From: Candidatus Dojkabacteria bacterium
Lineage (GTDB): Bacteria > Patescibacteriota > Dojkabacteria > JAHIVN01
Direction of reading: 5' to 3'
Length of the DNA: 64,000 nt
NCBI GenBank assembly: GCA_016932045.1
Contig: JAFGDO010000023.1
Coordinates: 42,337 to 106,336, forward strand
The translations under genes and the position numbers were made by a program. The notes beneath the pieces were generated by a model. The model did not search any database and had not been told where the DNA came from. It saw only the letters and a program-made list of their open reading frames with translations. Below, in pieces: positions 1 to 11,216 of the stretch; the first letter of the stretch is position 1, and the number at the start of each line of letters is the position of its first letter.

Positions 1-2
1 CG

Positions 3-125
3 GGTCTTGCCGAAGAGGCAGGTCTTGCTTATAAGAATGTAGATCAGGTTTGCGAGTCAGTTGATCTTGCTGGTATTTCAAAAAGAGTTGCAAAATTCTT
101 ACCAATCGGGAATATAAAGGGATAG
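3..125 (+). CDS. 3' end (about 40 aa) of an upstream gene running off the window start; product unknown
   Basis: Frame 3 is open from the window edge to TAG at 123-125; translation GLAEEAGLAYKNVDQVCESVDLAGISKRVAKFLPIGNIKG has coding-like composition. Confidence 0.3.
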   Translation, partial: GLAEEAGLAYKNVDQVCESVDLAGISKRVAKFLPIGNIKG

Positions 126-323
126 CCAAACAGCTTAACAGAAAAACAGTAAACAGATAAACAGCGAGCAGTAAATAGTGAATTTTTGCATTGCTTCATT
201 GTTACATTGTTAATTTTTAATTCTTCATTCACAATTGAATCTTCGTATAATTGGGTAATTGTTATATTGCTATATGGTTGGACTACAGAGAAAGAATGAC
301 CTCTAAATTTATTACATTTCTCG

Positions 324-1682
324 ATGATAATTAAAAGCTTTAGTGAGGCAATTGAATATTTAGATCAACTGAAACCAAAGAAATTTTATAAAAAATTCTC
401 AGGGGAATTAGGGCTCGAGAGATGTAAGTACCTTCTGGAATTATTGGGCAGTCCACAGAATAAGCTAAAAGTTATTCATATAGCAGGAACATCGGGTAAA
501 GGTTCTACTGCCTATTTAATTAGTATCTTATTGAAGGCTCATGGATTTAAAGTCGGGCTGCATATTTCCCCGCACCTTTTTGATATAAGAGAAAGATTCC
601 AGATTAATAACAATATAATCTCCAAGAGCGATTTTATAAAATATTTAAATAGTTTAATTAAATATATCCAGAAAGTTGAGAATTCTAAATTTGGCAAGCC
701 AACTTACTTTGAAGTTCTTGTAGTATTGGCGTTTTACATATTTATGAAGGAGCAAGTTGACTATGCAGTAGTTGAAACTGGGATTGGAGGACTTCTTGAT
801 AATACTAACTGTGTTGATAGAGAGGATAAAATCTCTGTCATTACAAGAATCGGATTGGATCACACGAAGGTTCTAGGGAAAACTTATGAAGATATCGCTT
901 TCCAGAAGGCTGGGATAATAAATAAGAAAAGTAATGCTATTGTTCTTGAAGACAAATTAACTTCAGATACTATTGAGAAATCTGCAAAAAAAATTAGTGC
1001 ACATTTATTTTGGATAAACAGAGGAGATAACTTTAATAAAGTTCGAGTAAGTACGAAATTGACCCGCTTCAATTTCTCCTTTAGAGGATTTGTCATGAGA
1101 GACATCTCTTTAAGCTTGTTAGGAGAATTTCAAGCTGAAAATTGCAGCATGGCACTAGCAACTGTTAAGCTACTTAGTGCAAGAGATAGATTCAAAATGA
1201 AAGAGGATAAAGTAAGAGAATGCTTAGGGAAGGCCCGATTTCCAGGAAGACTCGAAATATTTAAACTAGAAGGAAGGACTGTCATATTGGATGGGGCTCA
1301 TAATAAACAAAAGATGAGTTGTTTGTTAAATAGCCTTCAGAAGATTTTTCCGAGGCAAAAGTTTGATTCTATACTTGCATATAAAAGTAGTCCACAATAC
1401 TTAGATTATCTAACCTTGATTGCTCCTATTGCAGGAAGTATTTATTTTACAAATCCATTTGTGGTAAACCGGACGAAAGAACAGCTTGATGTGATCGAAA
1501 AAAAGTTAGAAAATAAGCTAATGAATTTAGGAGTCTCAAATTATAAGATAACCCACAATCTAAAAGAGGCACTTGAAGATATGTTGAATAGGGGAAAGCA
1601 TATTTTAGTCATCACAGGTTCTTTGTTTCTTGTAGATATATTTTACTCAATAAAAGCTAGCTATGATAAAGATTACAAATAA
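324..1682 (+). CDS. folC: Mur-ligase family folylpolyglutamate synthase / dihydrofolate synthase (FolC-like)
   Basis: P-loop GTSGKGST near the N-terminus; Mur-ligase central and C-terminal architecture; 452 aa. Confidence 0.75.
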   Translation: MIIKSFSEAIEYLDQLKPKKFYKKFSGELGLERCKYLLELLGSPQNKLKVIHIAGTSGKGSTAYLISILLKAHGFKVGLHISPHLFDIRERFQINNNIISKSDFIKYLNSLIKYIQKVENSKFGKPTYFEVLVVLAFYIFMKEQVDYAVVETGIGGLLDNTNCVDREDKISVITRIGLDHTKVLGKTYEDIAFQKAGIINKKSNAIVLEDKLTSDTIEKSAKKISAHLFWINRGDNFNKVRVSTKLTRFNFSFRGFVMRDISLSLLGEFQAENCSMALATVKLLSARDRFKMKEDKVRECLGKARFPGRLEIFKLEGRTVILDGAHNKQKMSCLLNSLQKIFPRQKFDSILAYKSSPQYLDYLTLIAPIAGSIYFTNPFVVNRTKEQLDVIEKKLENKLMNLGVSNYKITHNLKEALEDMLNRGKHILVITGSLFLVDIFYSIKASYDKDYK

Positions 1683-3384
1683 GAGTATTGCTCAAATTCT
1701 TTACGAAATTGCAGATATCCTCGAAATGCAGAATATTGGATTTAAGCCGCGTGCGTATCGTAGGGCTGCTCGAGAAGTTGAAGAATATCCAGAGTTAGTT
1801 GTGGGCATAAAGGACGAAAAACAGTTAGAACAGATACCGGGAGTTGGTGAAAGTATAGCCGAGAAAATCAGGGAGATATCTGAAACAGGAACTTGCGAAT
1901 ATTACGAACAGCTCAAAAAAACAATCCCGGCTGATATTGTAAATCTTATCAGGATTGAGGGCGTTGGACCGAAGACAATTAAAAAATTATATGATGAGCT
2001 GGGAATTAAGACTATTAAAGATTTAGAAAAAGCTGCTAAAGAGAAGAAAATACAGAAATTAGAAGGCTTTAAGGAGAAGAGTGAAGAAAATATTCTAAAA
2101 GGAATAAAATCATTCAGGAAAAGATCTGATAGGTTTAGACTTGATGAGGCGCTTCATTACTCAGAAGCTGTTGTCCAAAAGATGAAAAGGCATTCAGCAA
2201 CCTTGAAGATTCTTTGTGCTGGTTCTTTAAGAAGAAAGAAAGAATCAATAGGGGATCTGGACATTCTAATTGTATCGAAAGATCCTGGAGAATCAATGGA
2301 ATATTTTACGCGTTTACCTGATGTATCAAGAGTGTTAGGCAAGGGAAAAACTAAAGCAACTATTGAATTTGAGACAGGATTACAGGCTGATTTAAGAATT
2401 ATTGACGGGGGAAGCTGGGGATCGGCGCTGCAATATTTCACGGGCGATAAAGCGCATAATATAAAGGTTAGAAAGATAGCTATTAAGAAGGGTTACAAAT
2501 TAAATGAGTATGGTCTATTCACCAAAAAGGATAAATCAATAGCTGGTAGGACTGAGGATGAGATTTATAAAAAACTAGGCATGAGAACGCCTCCTCCTGA
2601 AATGCGCAGAGACTCAGGAGAAGTTGAAGCTGCACAAAGAGGGACTCTCCCGAAATTAGTTTCAATAAAAGATATTAGGGGAGATTTTCATATGCATACG
2701 ACATTTAGTGACGGGATAAATACAGTTGAAGAGATGGCTGAAACTGCTTGGAGATTGGGGTATAAATATGTTGCCATAACTGAACACAATACAGAAGGGT
2801 TGGAGGTGGCTGGAGGTATTGACAGTAAGGATACACCCAAGTATGTTGATGAAGTTAAAAGCAAAAAGTATAAGGTTCATGTTTTAGTTGGCTTAGAGGT
2901 TAATGTTGCCAAAGATGGGTCGTTAACTGTTCCCGATAAATTTCTAAAGATATTGGATTTTGTTGTTATTGGAGTTCACTCTCATTTCAGAATGACTGAA
3001 TCTGATATGACAAAAAGAATTTTGACTGCTTTTGAAAATCCTTATGTAAATGTTTTCGCGCATCCTACGGGTAGGTTACTTCTCAAAAGAGACGAGTATG
3101 ACTTTGATTTTGAAGCTGTATGCAAGAAAGCGAGAGAAAAAAATATATGTCTTGAGCTTAATGCGCATCCCGAAAGATTGGATTTAGACGGAGAGCACTC
3201 TCAGCTTGCTAAGTCACTCGGCTGTAAGTTTGCGATTGGAACAGATTCTCACAGTACAACACAACTTGAAAATATTAAATATGGTGTGTACATGGCAAGA
3301 AGAGGGTGGTTGGAAAAGAGAAATGTGATAAATACAATGCAGTATAACGAACTGGCAAAATTCTTGAAGGATAGAGAACAATGA
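1663..3384 (+). CDS. polX: Family X DNA polymerase (PolX) with C-terminal PHP phosphoesterase domain
   Basis: HhH motifs, Pol-beta-like nucleotidyltransferase motif GSLRRKKESIGDLDILI, C-terminal PHP domain (HMHTTFSDG ... HSH ... AHP ... GTDSH). Confidence 0.8.
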   Translation: MIKITNKSIAQILYEIADILEMQNIGFKPRAYRRAAREVEEYPELVVGIKDEKQLEQIPGVGESIAEKIREISETGTCEYYEQLKKTIPADIVNLIRIEGVGPKTIKKLYDELGIKTIKDLEKAAKEKKIQKLEGFKEKSEENILKGIKSFRKRSDRFRLDEALHYSEAVVQKMKRHSATLKILCAGSLRRKKESIGDLDILIVSKDPGESMEYFTRLPDVSRVLGKGKTKATIEFETGLQADLRIIDGGSWGSALQYFTGDKAHNIKVRKIAIKKGYKLNEYGLFTKKDKSIAGRTEDEIYKKLGMRTPPPEMRRDSGEVEAAQRGTLPKLVSIKDIRGDFHMHTTFSDGINTVEEMAETAWRLGYKYVAITEHNTEGLEVAGGIDSKDTPKYVDEVKSKKYKVHVLVGLEVNVAKDGSLTVPDKFLKILDFVVIGVHSHFRMTESDMTKRILTAFENPYVNVFAHPTGRLLLKRDEYDFDFEAVCKKAREKNICLELNAHPERLDLDGEHSQLAKSLGCKFAIGTDSHSTTQLENIKYGVYMARRGWLEKRNVINTMQYNELAKFLKDREQ

Positions 3385-3409
3385 TATTTTTTAGATTTAA
3401 TCCTTTGCG

Positions 3410-4111
3410 ATGGAAATTTTTGATTTTAAAACTTATCTTTACTTTTGGGGATCACTCTTTGGTTGTCTGCTGTCACTTTTAATTTATGTAAAAAGGAAAG
3501 ATCTTCGCAAGGAAATGTTGATAAATGGGATTCTATTTTCAGTCGTTGGTGTGATTATTGAATATATGTTTTTTAAAGATTATTGGAATCCGCCATTGAT
3601 TATTAAATTCGGAGAATTCGGAGGACTTGAAGATCTAATGTTTGGATTTGCAGCAGGAAGCTTTGGCTCAGTTTTTTACACGGTTTTATTTAAGGAAAGA
3701 TTGATTAGAAGTGAGAATCAACGTTACTGGATTATTCCGACAGTCTTGATAAGTCAATCTCTAAGCTTTCTTGTTTTTACTCATTGGTTTAATATTAATA
3801 GTATCTATGCAAGTTCAATCGGATGGGCTCTACCGACAATTGTTATTATAATTATCAGAAAAGATTTAATTAAAGAGGTGATAATATCTGCTATTTTAGG
3901 GGGATTAATATTAATAATTGGTGAAGCTGTTTTTCTTGTAATCTTTGCTCATGAATATTTAGAGAAATATTTTAGGTTAATTGGTGAAGTACCTGTGTTA
4001 ATTGATGTTTTTCCAATTACAGAATTTATATGGGGAATGAGCTTTGGAGCCTTGATTAGTCCTCTTTATGAATTTTTGACAGGTAAAAGGTTAGTAAAAG
4101 CAAATGGATAA
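3410..4111 (+). CDS. polytopic integral membrane protein, function unknown
   Basis: 233 aa, about 6 hydrophobic helices, no recognisable catalytic motif. Confidence 0.5.
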   Translation: MEIFDFKTYLYFWGSLFGCLLSLLIYVKRKDLRKEMLINGILFSVVGVIIEYMFFKDYWNPPLIIKFGEFGGLEDLMFGFAAGSFGSVFYTVLFKERLIRSENQRYWIIPTVLISQSLSFLVFTHWFNINSIYASSIGWALPTIVIIIIRKDLIKEVIISAILGGLILIIGEAVFLVIFAHEYLEKYFRLIGEVPVLIDVFPITEFIWGMSFGALISPLYEFLTGKRLVKANG

Positions 4112-4148
4112 TCTGATGGAATTAGGGATTCTTATTTTTTTTGGATTT

Positions 4149-4568
4149 CTATTTTTGTTCTTCGTATTTCTCAATAGCATCCCTTAGAGCTTTTATTGCA
4201 AGCTGAGCGCATTCTACTTTATTTTGAGGTAGTGCGCCCAGGTGCTTTATGATATCGTTCTCATCCAGTTTCTTGGCCTCTTCTAAAGTCTTCCCTTTTA
4301 TCATAACCGTAATTGAAGAACCAGAAATGCAGGCTCCTGCACAACCCAAAGCCTCAAAAACCGCATCAGTAATGATTCCGTTATCGTCGACTTTTAGAGA
4401 AACTGACATATAATCGCCACAATGACCAAGTTGTTCCCCCTTTACGTCGGCTGAAGGTAATTCTTTAAAATTTAGCTTTTTCTTAAAGTATTCTATTCCT
4501 TTTTGAGAATATCCTAACTTTTTCATCAGTTCGTCCTGCTTTGTTACTTCCGCCGGTTTTGTTGCCAT
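4149..4568 (-). CDS. IscU/NifU-like Fe-S cluster assembly scaffold
   Basis: Three conserved Cys in IscU spacing (HCGD ... GCAGACISGS ... VECAQLAIKA), 139 aa. Confidence 0.7.
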   Translation of the reverse strand: MATKPAEVTKQDELMKKLGYSQKGIEYFKKKLNFKELPSADVKGEQLGHCGDYMSVSLKVDDNGIITDAVFEALGCAGACISGSSITVMIKGKTLEEAKKLDENDIIKHLGALPQNKVECAQLAIKALRDAIEKYEEQK

Positions 4569-4616
4569 GTTAAAGAAGTTCTTCTATAATTTAAATCTAT
4601 CAGTAATATAATGCTT

Positions 4617-4645
4617 TTGACATTTATAGCATTTCTGAATTAATG
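4617..4645 (+). promoter_or_regulatory. candidate sigma70-like promoter for the HAD gene (TTGACA-N17-TTAATG)
   Basis: Perfect -35 TTGACA at 4617-4622, 17-nt spacer, -10-like TTAATG at 4640-4645, about 35 nt upstream of the ATG at 4685. Confidence 0.3.
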
Positions 4646-4662
4646 TTACAATGCTAAAGTAA

Positions 4663-4691
4663 ATTATAATTTTTAGTATTGCTAATGGCAA
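4663..4691 (-). promoter_or_regulatory. candidate divergent promoter for the minus-strand IscU-like gene (TTGCCA-N17-TATAAT)
   Basis: On the minus strand TTGCCA (4691-4686), 17-nt spacer, TATAAT (4668-4663); overlaps the start of the divergent HAD gene. Confidence 0.3.
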
Positions 4692-5407
4692 CTAAATCTT
4701 CAAAATTCAAAGCAGTTCTTTTTGATCTCGATGATACCTTGTGTAATACGGAAGAGACAAAGGAAAGAGTCTTCACTCAAGTCTATGAGGCGAATGAATC
4801 ATTGAGCAAAATCCCAATTTTTGAATTTATAGAGGTAGCGCTTAAGAAGAGGAGTGACTATTTACTGGATGCCGAGGGGTTACAAACCTATTCAAGACTT
4901 GATATATGGCAGGAAGTTATGGAGAGGTTCAATGTAAATTTTACAACAAAAGAACTTCGGAAACTTATAGATGATTATTGGAAATATTCAATTCTAGAAT
5001 TGAAGCTTTACCCGGATGTACGAGAAGTCTTAGAAAAGCTAAGAGACAACAATATTATTAACAGTATTCTTGCCGGGAGCGATTTTTATTCCAAATCTGC
5101 AAAGCTTATTCATCTAGGAATTGACGAATTATTTACTTATTTTTTTACAGCGGATCTAGTTAGAATTCCGAAGACGGATCCAAAGATATATGAATATGTA
5201 GTTCAATATTTAAAATTAAAGTCCAACGAGGTTATTATGATTGGAAACGACCCTATGCAGGATATAAAACCTGCGAATGAGGCTGGCTTATCGACAGCTC
5301 AGTTTGTCAAAGTCGGGGACTCCAAGGTCAGCGAAAAAGGATCAGAAAGACCCAATTATATCTTGAGAAGCTTGAGGGGGATACTTGAGTTGCTTAATAT
5401 TACTTAA
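4679..5407 (+). CDS. HAD-superfamily hydrolase
   Basis: N-terminal motif I VLFDLDDTL and later MIGND motif IV; 242 aa. Confidence 0.65.
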   Translation: MLMATKSSKFKAVLFDLDDTLCNTEETKERVFTQVYEANESLSKIPIFEFIEVALKKRSDYLLDAEGLQTYSRLDIWQEVMERFNVNFTTKELRKLIDDYWKYSILELKLYPDVREVLEKLRDNNIINSILAGSDFYSKSAKLIHLGIDELFTYFFTADLVRIPKTDPKIYEYVVQYLKLKSNEVIMIGNDPMQDIKPANEAGLSTAQFVKVGDSKVSEKGSERPNYILRSLRGILELLNIT

Positions 5408-5421
5408 TACTTATTAACACT

Positions 5422-6648
5422 ATGCTGGATCCAAAAATCCGCGATGATTTTCCAATTCTGTCACTTGAGGTGAACGGTAAGCCTCTTGTATATTTTGACA
5501 ATGCTGCGACGAGTCAAAAGCCACAAGCTGTCATAGATAAGCTTGTCGAGTACTATGAAACTTCAAATGCGAACATTCACCGAGGTATCCATTACTTAAG
5601 TGAAAAAGCGACAGAAGGATATGAGGAGTCAAAAAAGAAAGTCGCGCGTTTTATAAATGCAAAAAGCTATAAGGAGATTATCTACACGCGTAATGCTACC
5701 GAATCAATCAATTTAGTTGCTTATACTTTGGGACTTAGTTCTCTTTCAAAGGGCGACTTAGTCATCTCAACTGAGATGGAACACCATAGCAATATCATTC
5801 CCTGGCAAATTATTAAAAAGCATAAAAAGATTGATGTAGAATTCGTCCCTGTACGTGATGACTACACTTTAGATATTGACGAATATAAAAAGCTATTGCA
5901 AAGAAAACCCAAGCTTGTAACCTTTGTCCATGCTTCAAATGTATTGGGCACTATTAACCCTGCAAAAGAAATCACAAGACTGGCACATAAAGCTGGTGCT
6001 TTTGTCTTGATAGATGGAGCTCAAAGTGTACCTCACATGAAGATAGATGTGGAAGATATTGACTGTGATTTTCTTGCATTTTCATCACACAAAATGTGTG
6101 GTCCAACCGGTATAGGAGTTTTGTACGGCAAGCAAGAGATACTCGAGGAACTTGATCCATTCATGGGGGGGGGCGACATGATTAATCACGTAACCTATGA
6201 AGAAAGCACCTGGAATAAACTTCCTTGGAAGTTTGAGGCAGGTACTCCAAATATTGCCGATGCAGTTGCGTTTGGGGCAACAGTTGACTATCTGGAAAAA
6301 ATTGGTATGAGGGATATTGAAAAACACGAGAGAGAACTTGTAAGTTATGCTCTTGATAAGATGAAAAAGGTAAAAGGCCTTGAGATCTTTGGACAGGATG
6401 ATAGAGTAGAAAGTCGTGGCGGGATGGTTGCCTTTACTTTGAAATATGCGCATCCCCATGATGTGGCACAACTTCTGGACGAGGAAGGAATTGCTGTACG
6501 ATCCGGGCACCATTGTGCGCAACCTCTGCATGAGAAGTTTAAAAAGTCAACCACAAGTAGAGCAAGTTTCTATCTCTATAATACAAAGGAAGAGGTTGAT
6601 AAAATGATAGCGGCATTAGACAGAGTAGTTGAACTATTCCATTCTTAG
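5422..6648 (+). CDS. sufS: cysteine desulfurase SufS (class V aminotransferase)
   Basis: FPIL ... VYFDNAATSQKP N-terminus, PLP-lysine region SSHKMCGPTGIGVLY, active-site loop RSGHHCAQP; 408 aa. Confidence 0.85.
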   Translation: MLDPKIRDDFPILSLEVNGKPLVYFDNAATSQKPQAVIDKLVEYYETSNANIHRGIHYLSEKATEGYEESKKKVARFINAKSYKEIIYTRNATESINLVAYTLGLSSLSKGDLVISTEMEHHSNIIPWQIIKKHKKIDVEFVPVRDDYTLDIDEYKKLLQRKPKLVTFVHASNVLGTINPAKEITRLAHKAGAFVLIDGAQSVPHMKIDVEDIDCDFLAFSSHKMCGPTGIGVLYGKQEILEELDPFMGGGDMINHVTYEESTWNKLPWKFEAGTPNIADAVAFGATVDYLEKIGMRDIEKHERELVSYALDKMKKVKGLEIFGQDDRVESRGGMVAFTLKYAHPHDVAQLLDEEGIAVRSGHHCAQPLHEKFKKSTTSRASFYLYNTKEEVDKMIAALDRVVELFHS

Positions 6649-6670
6649 TATATAGATTAAAGAAAAAATA

Positions 6671-7048
6671 ATGGATCTATACAAAAAGGAAATTCTAGAT
6701 CACTACAAAAATCCTAGGAACTTCGGAAAGATCAAAACAGAGGCAAAGTCTACACATGGGGAAAACCCCTCTTGTGGCGATAGTATTAATATGGATATTG
6801 TTTTCAAGCAGGGACGGATTGAAAACATTAAGTTTAGTGGAGATGGCTGTGCTATTGCTATTGCAGCAGCTTCTATGCTGACTGAAAAGGTAAAGGGTAT
6901 GAAAATCGTCGATGTTGCTGATATCGGGTTTCAAGATATTCAGAAGTTACTGGGAGTTGAGGTCTCTCACTCAAGGAAGAATTGCGCCATATTAGCTCTT
7001 AATGTATTGAGAAAGATGGTACTTCAGGAATTGAAACAACAGAAATAG
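6671..7048 (+). CDS. sufU: SufU-type Fe-S cluster scaffold
   Basis: HYKNPRN ... SCGD ... GDGCAIA ... HSRKNCAILA motifs; immediately downstream of sufS. Confidence 0.75.
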   Translation: MDLYKKEILDHYKNPRNFGKIKTEAKSTHGENPSCGDSINMDIVFKQGRIENIKFSGDGCAIAIAAASMLTEKVKGMKIVDVADIGFQDIQKLLGVEVSHSRKNCAILALNVLRKMVLQELKQQK

Positions 7049-7237
7049 TCTATGTGAAGACAGTATAATTGGATCAAATACGATCGTCTTTTCTTGAAAT
7101 TTGATTTTGAGATCGTTATATGATATAGATCAGATTGTTCAATTTTGGCTTGCTTTTTTGGAAAAATCTGATATCATCTAAAGGACTTCCCTTTTGATTT
7201 GTTCTTTGCTTGAAAATTAAAATAATATTTTTGGGGT

Positions 7238-9343
7238 ATGGCAGTAAAACTTGATTACAATTCAGTAAAAGATTTAAAGTTATATAGAAATATTGGAATA
7301 ATTGCACATATAGATGCAGGTAAGACGACAACTACAGAGCGTGTGCTTTACTATACAGGAAAAAAGCACAAGGTAGGAGAGGTACATGATGGAGAAGCGG
7401 AGATGGATTGGATGGAACAGGAGCAGGAAAGAGGCATCACTATTCAGTCTGCTGCTACTACGTGTTTTTGGACAGTCGATAAAGTTCTTCACCGCATAAA
7501 CATTATTGATACACCTGGGCATGTTGATTTTACTGCGGAAGTTGAAAGGTCACTCCGTGTTCTTGATGGTGGCGTGGTTGTTTTTGACGGCAAGGAGGGG
7601 GTCGAACCTCAATCTACTAAAGTGTGGTTCCAGGCTGAAAAGTATAATGTACCGCGACTGTGTTATGTGAATAAATTAGATGCTATTGGAGGAGATTTTG
7701 AAAAGAGTTTAAAAAGTATTCAAGATGAGCTTTCTGATGATGCTGTAGCCATTCAGTTACCTCTTGGTAAGGAAAGTGATTTTAATGGAGTCATTGATCT
7801 TATAAAACAAAAAGTTTATGTTTATGAAGATGACATGGGGGAGAAGATTGTGGAGAAAGATGTTCCAGATGAAATGAAGGAAGACGTCAAAAAATATAGG
7901 GAGATACTAATTGAAAAGGTTGCAGATATAGATGATAAAGTTGCAGAAAAGTTTCTCGGAGGTGAAGAGGTCTCAGAAGAGGAACTATATGCAGCAATTC
8001 GCAAAGGGACAATTAAGACAAAATTATTTCCCGTATTTGCTGGATCTTCTTTAAAGAATAGGGGAGTACAGTTGTTACTTGATGGGGTTTGTCGCTATTT
8101 ACCTTCACCGCTAGATCTACCGCCGATCAAGGGAATTCATCCCAAAACAGACGAAGAGGTTGAGAGAAGACTTGAGGAAGACGAACCATTCGCTGCCTTG
8201 GTATTCAAGATTATGATTGATCAGCATGTAGGGACATTGGCTTTTTTTAGGGTTTATTCTGGAAAGTTAAAAACTGGTGATACCGTATACAATAGTACGA
8301 AAGGAAAAAGTGAAAGAATTGGCCGTATCCTTTTGATGCATGCAAATCATAGGGAAGAGGTGAAAGAGGTTAGAGCAGGTGATATAGCAGCTATTGTCGG
8401 ATTGAAATCTACTTTGACAGGAGATACTATTTGTGACCCGGATTATCCACTACTTCTTGAAAGTATAACATTCCCAGAACCGGTTATTTCAATGGCAATA
8501 GAGCCAAAGACAAAGGCTGATCAGGAAAAAATGTCGGTTATTCTAGGAAAACTTTCTCAAGAGGATCCTACTTTTCATGTTAGTGCCGATGAAGAGACAG
8601 GTCAGACAATCATATCTGGAATGGGTGAGCTACATTTAGAGATTAAAGTGGATATTATGAAAAGAGAATACAATATTGAGGCAAGTGTCGGTAAACCACA
8701 AGTCGCCTATAAGGAAACTATTACACAAACAATTGAATCGGAAGGTAAATATATTCGACAATCAGGGGGAAGGGGACAATATGGGCATTGTTTCTTGAGA
8801 CTTGAACCTTTGGAAAGGGGTAAGGGGTTTGAGTTTGTAAATGAGATAAAAGGAGGGTCTGTACCCCGAGAGTACTTTCCTTCAGTCGAAAAGGGGGTAG
8901 AAAAAGCATTGCAAAGCGGTGTGCTTGGAGGTTTTCCGGTTGTTGATGTAAAAGTAGCTTTATTTGATGGTTCTTATCACGAGGTTGATTCTTCAAATGA
9001 AGCATTTATTATAGCAGCAAGTAAAGGTTTTAAAGAAGGTATGAAAAGAGCTGGTCCTGTAGTTCTTGAGCCGATTATGAAGGTTTCCGTTACAGCTCCG
9101 ACTGAATTTGCAGGAGACGTAACGGGAAATATCAGTTCAAAGAGGGGAAAGATTTTAGGAATAGAAGATAAGGGAAAGGTACAAGAGATAAATGCCGAGG
9201 CGCCACTCTCTGAGCTTTTTGGCTGGGTTAGTGAACTAAGGTCGATGACACAGGGGAAGGCTGTTCCAAATATCGAACCAAGTCATTATGAACGTGTTCC
9301 AAGTAATATAGCAGACCAGATACTCGGGAAAAAGGGGGAGTAA
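7238..9343 (+). CDS. fusA: translation elongation factor G
   Basis: G1 [18 protein letters not shown]; 701 aa; canonical EF-G domain order. Confidence 0.95.
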   Translation: MAVKLDYNSVKDLKLYRNIGIIAHIDAGKTTTTERVLYYTGKKHKVGEVHDGEAEMDWMEQEQERGITIQSAATTCFWTVDKVLHRINIIDTPGHVDFTAEVERSLRVLDGGVVVFDGKEGVEPQSTKVWFQAEKYNVPRLCYVNKLDAIGGDFEKSLKSIQDELSDDAVAIQLPLGKESDFNGVIDLIKQKVYVYEDDMGEKIVEKDVPDEMKEDVKKYREILIEKVADIDDKVAEKFLGGEEVSEEELYAAIRKGTIKTKLFPVFAGSSLKNRGVQLLLDGVCRYLPSPLDLPPIKGIHPKTDEEVERRLEEDEPFAALVFKIMIDQHVGTLAFFRVYSGKLKTGDTVYNSTKGKSERIGRILLMHANHREEVKEVRAGDIAAIVGLKSTLTGDTICDPDYPLLLESITFPEPVISMAIEPKTKADQEKMSVILGKLSQEDPTFHVSADEETGQTIISGMGELHLEIKVDIMKREYNIEASVGKPQVAYKETITQTIESEGKYIRQSGGRGQYGHCFLRLEPLERGKGFEFVNEIKGGSVPREYFPSVEKGVEKALQSGVLGGFPVVDVKVALFDGSYHEVDSSNEAFIIAASKGFKEGMKRAGPVVLEPIMKVSVTAPTEFAGDVTGNISSKRGKILGIEDKGKVQEINAEAPLSELFGWVSELRSMTQGKAVPNIEPSHYERVPSNIADQILGKKGE

Positions 9344-9541
9344 AAGCCTGTTTAACGGATTAAGGCCATTGCAAAGTATAAGGGTGTTTGATAAAATCGT
9401 CACGCAATTGATACTTATGTTGTAAAGTTTTTGAATATAAACGTATTGTAGTGGAGAGAAATTTTTGTTAAAATGTCTTGACTTGCTCAATTACAATTGA
9501 GTTTGTTATTTTTAAATAAATTTATTTCTTAAGTTAATAAA

Positions 9542-10726
9542 ATGGCAGACGAAAAAAAATACACTCGTGAAAAACCACATGTGAACATTGGTACACTAGG
9601 TCATGTTGATCATGGAAAAACGACAATGCTCCGTGGTATTTTAAATGTCTTTGGCGGTGAAAGAAAGGAAGAGTGGAAGGGTAAGCTTGATAAATCACCG
9701 GAATCAAAGGCAAAATCAATGACTATTTCTGTTGCTCATGTTGAAGCTGAAACTGATAATAGGCACTATGCTATTGTAGATTGTCCTGGCCATAGGGACT
9801 ATATCAAGAATATGATTACTGGTGCAGCACAGATGGATGGAGCAATTCTTTGCGTAAGCGCATCAGATGGTCCAATGCCTCAGACAAAGGAGCATGTGCT
9901 TCTTGCAAAACAGGTTGGAGTTGTGAACTTTGTTATTTTTATTAATATCTTTGATGAGGGAATGGATGAAGAGTTAGTAGATCTTGTTGAAGAAGAAGTC
10001 AGGGAGCTTTTAAAGAAGTACGAATTTGACGGTGACAAAGTCACAGTTATAAGAGGTAATGCTCTAAAGGCAGAAAAAGGTGAAGAAGAGGGGCTAGAGG
10101 CAATGAAGAAACTTATGGAAGCTGTCGATAAAGATATTCCAGATCCAGATAGACCGGTAGATCAGGACTTTCTGATGGCTGTTGAAGATGTTTTCTCCAT
10201 TGAAGGAAGAGGTACAGTAGCAACAGGAAGAATTGAAAGAGGGAAAGTGAAAGTTAATGATGAGGTTGAGCTGGTCGGTTTATCAGAACACAGCAAGAAG
10301 CTTATTGTTACTGGAGTAGAGATGTTTAATAAATCAATGGATGAGGGGATTGCAGGTGATAACGTTGGAGTTCTGCTTCGAGGGATTAAGAGAGAGGAAG
10401 TACAAAGAGGTCAAGTATTGGCAAAAACAGGAAGTATTAAACCTCATACTGATTTCGAAGCAGAGGTATATGTTTTAACAAAAGAAGAAGGGGGACGACA
10501 TACAGCGTTCTTCTCAGGCTATAAACCACAGTTCTATATAAAGACAACTGATGTTACAGGTGAAGTGGAGTTGCCAAAGGGGACAGAGATGGTTATGCCT
10601 GGAGATAGTGTAAATCTATCTATAAAGTTAACAATGCCTGTTGCAATTGAAGAAAAGATGCGGTTTGCAGTCCGAGAAGGTTCGAAAACAGTTGGGGCGG
10701 GAATTGTTACAAAGATAATAAAGTAA
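9542..10726 (+). CDS. tuf: translation elongation factor Tu
   Basis: [14 protein letters not shown], near-complete colinearity with EF-Tu; G4 motif reads NIFD rather than NKxD (see findings). Confidence 0.95.
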   Translation: MADEKKYTREKPHVNIGTLGHVDHGKTTMLRGILNVFGGERKEEWKGKLDKSPESKAKSMTISVAHVEAETDNRHYAIVDCPGHRDYIKNMITGAAQMDGAILCVSASDGPMPQTKEHVLLAKQVGVVNFVIFINIFDEGMDEELVDLVEEEVRELLKKYEFDGDKVTVIRGNALKAEKGEEEGLEAMKKLMEAVDKDIPDPDRPVDQDFLMAVEDVFSIEGRGTVATGRIERGKVKVNDEVELVGLSEHSKKLIVTGVEMFNKSMDEGIAGDNVGVLLRGIKREEVQRGQVLAKTGSIKPHTDFEAEVYVLTKEEGGRHTAFFSGYKPQFYIKTTDVTGEVELPKGTEMVMPGDSVNLSIKLTMPVAIEEKMRFAVREGSKTVGAGIVTKIIK

Positions 10727-10841
10727 AGGGAATTCGGGTAATAAGAAGTGTGATTTTGATTTTACGTTAGCGGAAAGGTGTCGTTCACATGAGCGGCACT
10801 TTTTACGCCAAATTCTAATTAATTGCTCTTTATTAATTATT

Positions 10842-11141
10842 ATGCAGAAGATCAGAATTAAGATAAAAGGATATGACCCCAAGGTTGTTGATAATGCGGC
10901 TTCACAGATTATTGAAACCGCGCTAAGGACAGGGGCGAAAACAGTAGGTCCTATCCCACTACCGACGAGGATTCGGCGTTTTACAGTAAATAGGTCGCCA
11001 CATGTAGATGCGAAGTCTAAGGAACATTTCGAGATGAGGACACATAAAAGATTGGTTGAGATCGTTGACCCAAATAGTAAAACCATTGATTCTTTGACTC
11101 ACCTGCAACTTGCAGCTGGTGTTGGTGTGGAAATAAAATAG
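10842..11141 (+). CDS. rpsJ: 30S ribosomal protein S10
   Basis: [12 protein letters not shown] ... conserved S10 sequence, 99 aa. Confidence 0.95.
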   Translation: MQKIRIKIKGYDPKVVDNAASQIIETALRTGAKTVGPIPLPTRIRRFTVNRSPHVDAKSKEHFEMRTHKRLVEIVDPNSKTIDSLTHLQLAAGVGVEIK

Positions 11142-11216
11142 ACTCAAAAATAGATGACATATTTTTGGTTAATACTGTTCTTATGATCTGAGGATAAGTT
11201 ACCAAAGTAATTATAC

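Noticed and set aside
44-232. 62-aa minus-strand ORF at the window start
   Set aside because: It overlaps the 3' end of an incoming plus-strand gene and the folC promoter region. There is no supporting signal.
6085-6531. 148-aa minus-strand ORF
   Set aside because: Antisense to sufS, with no motifs.
10727-10841. Possible attenuator hairpin in the tuf-rpsJ spacer (AGCGG ... GAGCGGCAC-TTTTT)
   Set aside because: Only short, imperfect complementarity could be found by eye, so it is not convincing as a stem-loop.
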